Part shown: positions 60,590-64,000 of the stretch, in pieces
Position numbering within the stretch: the first letter of the stretch is position 1
Layout: each line of letters starts with the position of its first letter
NCBI RefSeq assembly: GCF_963921235.1
Contig: NC_086109.1
Span: 22,818,001 to 22,882,000, forward strand
Origin: Mobula hypostoma
Taxonomy: Eukaryota
DNA: 64,000 bases
Direction: 5' to 3'
Position numbers and translations under genes: made by a program
Notes under the pieces: generated by a model
What the model was told of the DNA's origin: nothing
Database searches by the model: none
The model's input: only the letters and a program-made list of their open reading frames with translations

Positions 60590-63500
60590 CTTGGCAAGTT
60601 AGGTTTAAGAGGAGCTGCCATTGTGGAAGTGGGCCAGTGTTACAAGTACGGAGTTCAGGCTTTGGCTCTAGAGGCTTCAGTGAGAAAGGCAGTAGGTAGA
60701 TTTTTGCATTTAATTTTTCTTCCTTTCTTATGGCACACAGTTAGAGCAGTAGGGTGCCAGGCAGGGGAGTGGATTGCTCCTCAGGGAATGTGGGAAGGTA
60801 GGGAGAACGCCAATGTCCCTGACGACTACAACTGCAAGAAGTGCATCCAGCTATGTCTTCTTTCAGACTGTGTTAAGGAATTGGAGCTAGAACCGAGTAA
60901 ATTCTGGATCATTTGGGAGACTGAGGGGGTTGATCGACAGGAGGTAGTTTACAGCCAAGGTGCAGGACACAGGTAAGTAGGTGACCATCAGGAGGGAAAA
61001 AGGGGATATGCAGCCTGTGTAGATTATCTCTGTAGCCATTCTCCTCAACAACAGGTACACTGCTTTGCATACTGTGGGTGGGAAGAGGGGGGCTAAGCTT
61101 GCAGAAGAAAGCCAGGTCTCTGGAACTGATTGTGACTCAGAAGGGAAAGGGGAATAAGAGGCAAGCTGCAGTGATTAGGGATCCCTTGGTTAGGGGATCA
61201 GACAGGAGATTCTGTGGATGAGAACGAGATTTCTGGATGCTATGTTGCCTCCCAGGTGCCATATTCAGGGGCATCTTGGATTCAGTCCACAGTATTTTTA
61301 AGTAGAAGGGTGAGCAGCCAAATGTCGTGTCCAAGTCAGTACTAATGACATAGGTAGGAGGGTTGACAAGGTCCTACAAAATGAGTTCAGGAAGTTAGGC
61401 GTTAAGTTAAAGGACAGGACCTCCAGAGTTGTGATATCAGGATTGCTACCCATGCCACATGCTAGTGAGGCTAGAAATAAGATCATACAGTTTAACATGT
61501 GGCTAAGGAGATGGTGCTGGAGGGAGGGCTTCAGGTTTTTGGATCATTGGGCTGTTTTACTGGGAAGGTGGGACCTGTAAAGAGGGACAGTTTGCACCTG
61601 AACTGGAGGAGGGGGGGATATCCTTGCAGGAAAGTTTGCTAGTGCTGCATGACATGAGGAGGTTTAAACTAGAGTTGCAGGGGGATGGGAAACAGAATGC
61701 CAGAGCAGATAGCAGAGAGGTTATGGGGAAAGATGTTGTTAAAACTACATACTAAGTCAGGAATCAAAAGGTTGAGCATGGTGGGACTAATGTTCTTATA
61801 TATTTCAATGCAAGGAGTATTGTAGGAAAGGTGGATAGGCTTAAGGCATACAGCAGCACATGGAATTATGAGGCTATTGTACCTGGTTGTAGGAGAGGCA
61901 GGACTCAATGTTCAGGGTTCCATTGTTTTACACATGATAGGGCAAGAGGGATTAAAGGGGGGTGAAGTGGGATTACTAGTCAGGAAAAATGTCACGCCAG
62001 TGCTCAGACAGAACAGACTGGAGAGCTTATCTACTGAGACTATAGGGATGGAATCGAAGAATAAAAAAAGGGATGACCATGTTAAAGGGATTATAAATTT
62101 CCATATATTGACTGGCCTCCCATACTGTAAAAGGGCTGCATTGGATAGAATATGTCAAATGTGTTCAGGAAAATTTCCTTAATCGGTACAGAAGTTTGTG
62201 TAGGGGAACACTTAGCATCTAGTGATCATAATACCATTAGTTTCAAGATAATTATGAAGGAAGATAGGTCAGGTCCTCGGGTTGAGATTGCAAATTGGAG
62301 AAAGGTCAATTTTGATGGTGTCAGGAAGGATCTGGCAAGTATGGATTGGGACACATGGTTTTTTTGCAAAGGTGTACTTGGTAAGTGGGAGGCCTTCAAA
62401 CATGAAATTTGGAGATTACAGAGTTTGCATGCTCCAGTCAAAATAAAAAGCAAGGATAACAGGTTTAGGGAGCCTTGGGTTTTGAGAGATATTGAGGCCC
62501 TGGGTAAGAAAAAGTAGGAGGTGCATAACAGGTATAGACAGGAAAGAGCAAATGAGGTACTGGAGAAGTATGAAAAAACGCAAGAGAACACTTAAAAAGG
62601 AAATCCAGAGTGCTAAACGAAGGCATGAGGTTTTCAAGATTCAGAGATTCGAAAAACTTTATTGTCATTCTAACCATACAGCTCTGCAGGGCAGAATGAG
62701 ACAGCATTTCTCAGGGGCAGTGCAATCATAACATAACAAATGCAGTACTAAATAATAAACATAACAATAAATAGTAAAACACAACAGCCACATGTCAGTT
62801 AAAATCAGTTATAAGTGTCCAGTGCAAGTTAAAAGTGTCCAAAGCAGAGTCAGGTGGAGTAGCTATTTAGCAGTCTGACTGCCTGTGGGAGGAAGCTGTT
62901 TAGTAGCCTTGTGGTTTTAGTTTTAATGCTCCTGTAACGTTTGCCTGATGGCAGAAGAACAAACAGTTCATGGAGAGGGTGTGAGGGGTCTTTAATGATG
63001 TACCGTGTCTTCTGGAGGCATCGACTTTGAAAGAGGTCTTGGACAGAAGGTAGGGAGACCCCAATAACCTTCTCTGCTCCCCAACCACCCTCTGCAAGGC
63101 TTTTTTGTCGACAGCACTGCAGCTGGAGTACCAGGTTGCGATGCAAAAGGTCAGCACACTCTCAACCACGCCTCTGTAGAATGTAGTTAAGATGTTAGTG
63201 GGGAGTGATGCTTGTTTAAGCTTCCTCAGAAAGTGCAATCTCTGCTGGGCCCGTTTCACAATCCCAGTGGTGTTCCTGGACCAGGTGAGATTGTTCGAGA
63301 TCTGCACCCCAAGGAACTTGATGTTTTCCACTCTCTCCACTGTGGAGCCGCTGATGCTGAGGGTGTGTGCTCAGGCTGAAACCGTCTGAAATCGACCATC
63401 GTCTCCTTGGTTTTGGTTTTGGTGATCTCCTTGGTTGCTCTAGCCCAAAGGCTTCTACAGATATATTAAGAGCAAAATGATAGCAAGGGACAAAATTGGT

Positions 63501-63960
63501 CCTCTGGAAGATCACAGTGGTCATTTATACATGGAGCCAAGAGATGGGGGAAATCTTAAATGGATTTTTTCCATCTGTATTTACTCAAGAGATGGACAGA
63601 CAGTCTGTAGAAGTGAAGTGAAACAGCAGTGAGGTTACGTACACTATACAGATTACAGAGGTGGTCTTTGCTGTCTTGAGGCAACTTAGGGTGGATAAAT
63701 TCCCAAGGTCTGACAAGGTGTTGCCTCGGACACTGTGGGAGGCAAGTGCAGAAATTGCAGAGGCCCTAGCAGAGATATTTAATACATCCTCAGAGGATTG
63801 GAAGTTAGCTAATGCTGTTTCATTGTTTAAGAAAGGCTCTAAAATAAGCCAGCAAATTGTAAGCTGGTAAACCTGACCTTATCAGTAGGGAAGTTATTGG
63901 AAGGTATTCAAAGGAAATGGACATACAGGTATTTGGATAGACAGGAACCAATCAGAGATA
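60590..63960 (+). mobile_element. Decayed CR1 LINE 5' part (ORF1 zinc finger/coiled coil/GDSL esterase, APE, RT start), split by a Rex insert
   Basis: VPDDYNCKKCIQL..VKELELE; VIRDPLVRGSDRRFCG; STNDIG; RVVISGLLP; WLRRWC.REGFRFLDHW; YFNARSI; SSDHNTISF; LRVDKFPRSDKVLPRTLWEA; DWKLANAVSLFKKG. Multiple stops. Confidence 0.85.
62632..63375 (-). mobile_element. Young Rex1/Babar-type 3' fragment inserted in the CR1
   Basis: ORFs 62900..63340 ERVENIKFLGVQISNNLTWS..AQQRLHFLRKLK and 62850..63146 IIKDPSHPLHELFVLLPSGKRYRSIK; (GAATCT)-type tail at 62635-62650. Confidence 0.85.
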
Positions 63961-64000
63961 GTCAATATATAGACTAGTGCACTGTACTGCTGCCACAAAG

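Noticed and set aside
60590..63960. Intact or domesticated CR1 esterase/RT gene
   Set aside because: Many stops and frameshifts and an internal LINE insertion.
57003..64000. CYB561D1 first coding exon
   Set aside because: No matching N-terminal transmembrane segment or CpG-island promoter seen; probably beyond the window.
1..64000. CRISPR array, operon or other prokaryotic system
   Set aside because: Spliced vertebrate genes and vertebrate TEs; no repeat-spacer array or dense ORF packing.

Overview
Vertebrate nuclear DNA, most likely a cartilaginous fish (probably a ray). That is inferred from the repeat content: V-domain/HE1-like SINEs, Deu-domain SINEs, CR1 and Rex1/Babar LINEs, Penelope-like elements. 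Two host genes lie tail-to-tail, as at the mammalian locus. AMIGO1 (+; single coding exon 12385-13929, LRR-Ig-TM protein) has a CCAAT-rich CpG promoter and a probable 5'-UTR intron. CYB561D1 (-; 38-nt coding exon 56965-57002 and terminal exon 51486-51989) has its first exon apparently outside the window. Much of the rest is decayed, often nested transposons: two solo LTRs, Tc1, Tigger-like and hAT MITEs, a composite MITE, CR1, Rex/Babar, SINEs and Penelope-like elements. The most notable signal is a young Penelope-derived insertion in CYB561D1 intron 2. It forms an 89-bp inverted repeat whose three mismatches are all G-U wobbles in the pre-mRNA strand, and it folds over an intact minimal hammerhead ribozyme core. 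Several other degenerate hammerhead motifs occur across the window. I found no evidence for a wholly new protein-coding system. Repeat boundaries and family names are by eye and approximate unless TSDs/TIRs are given.
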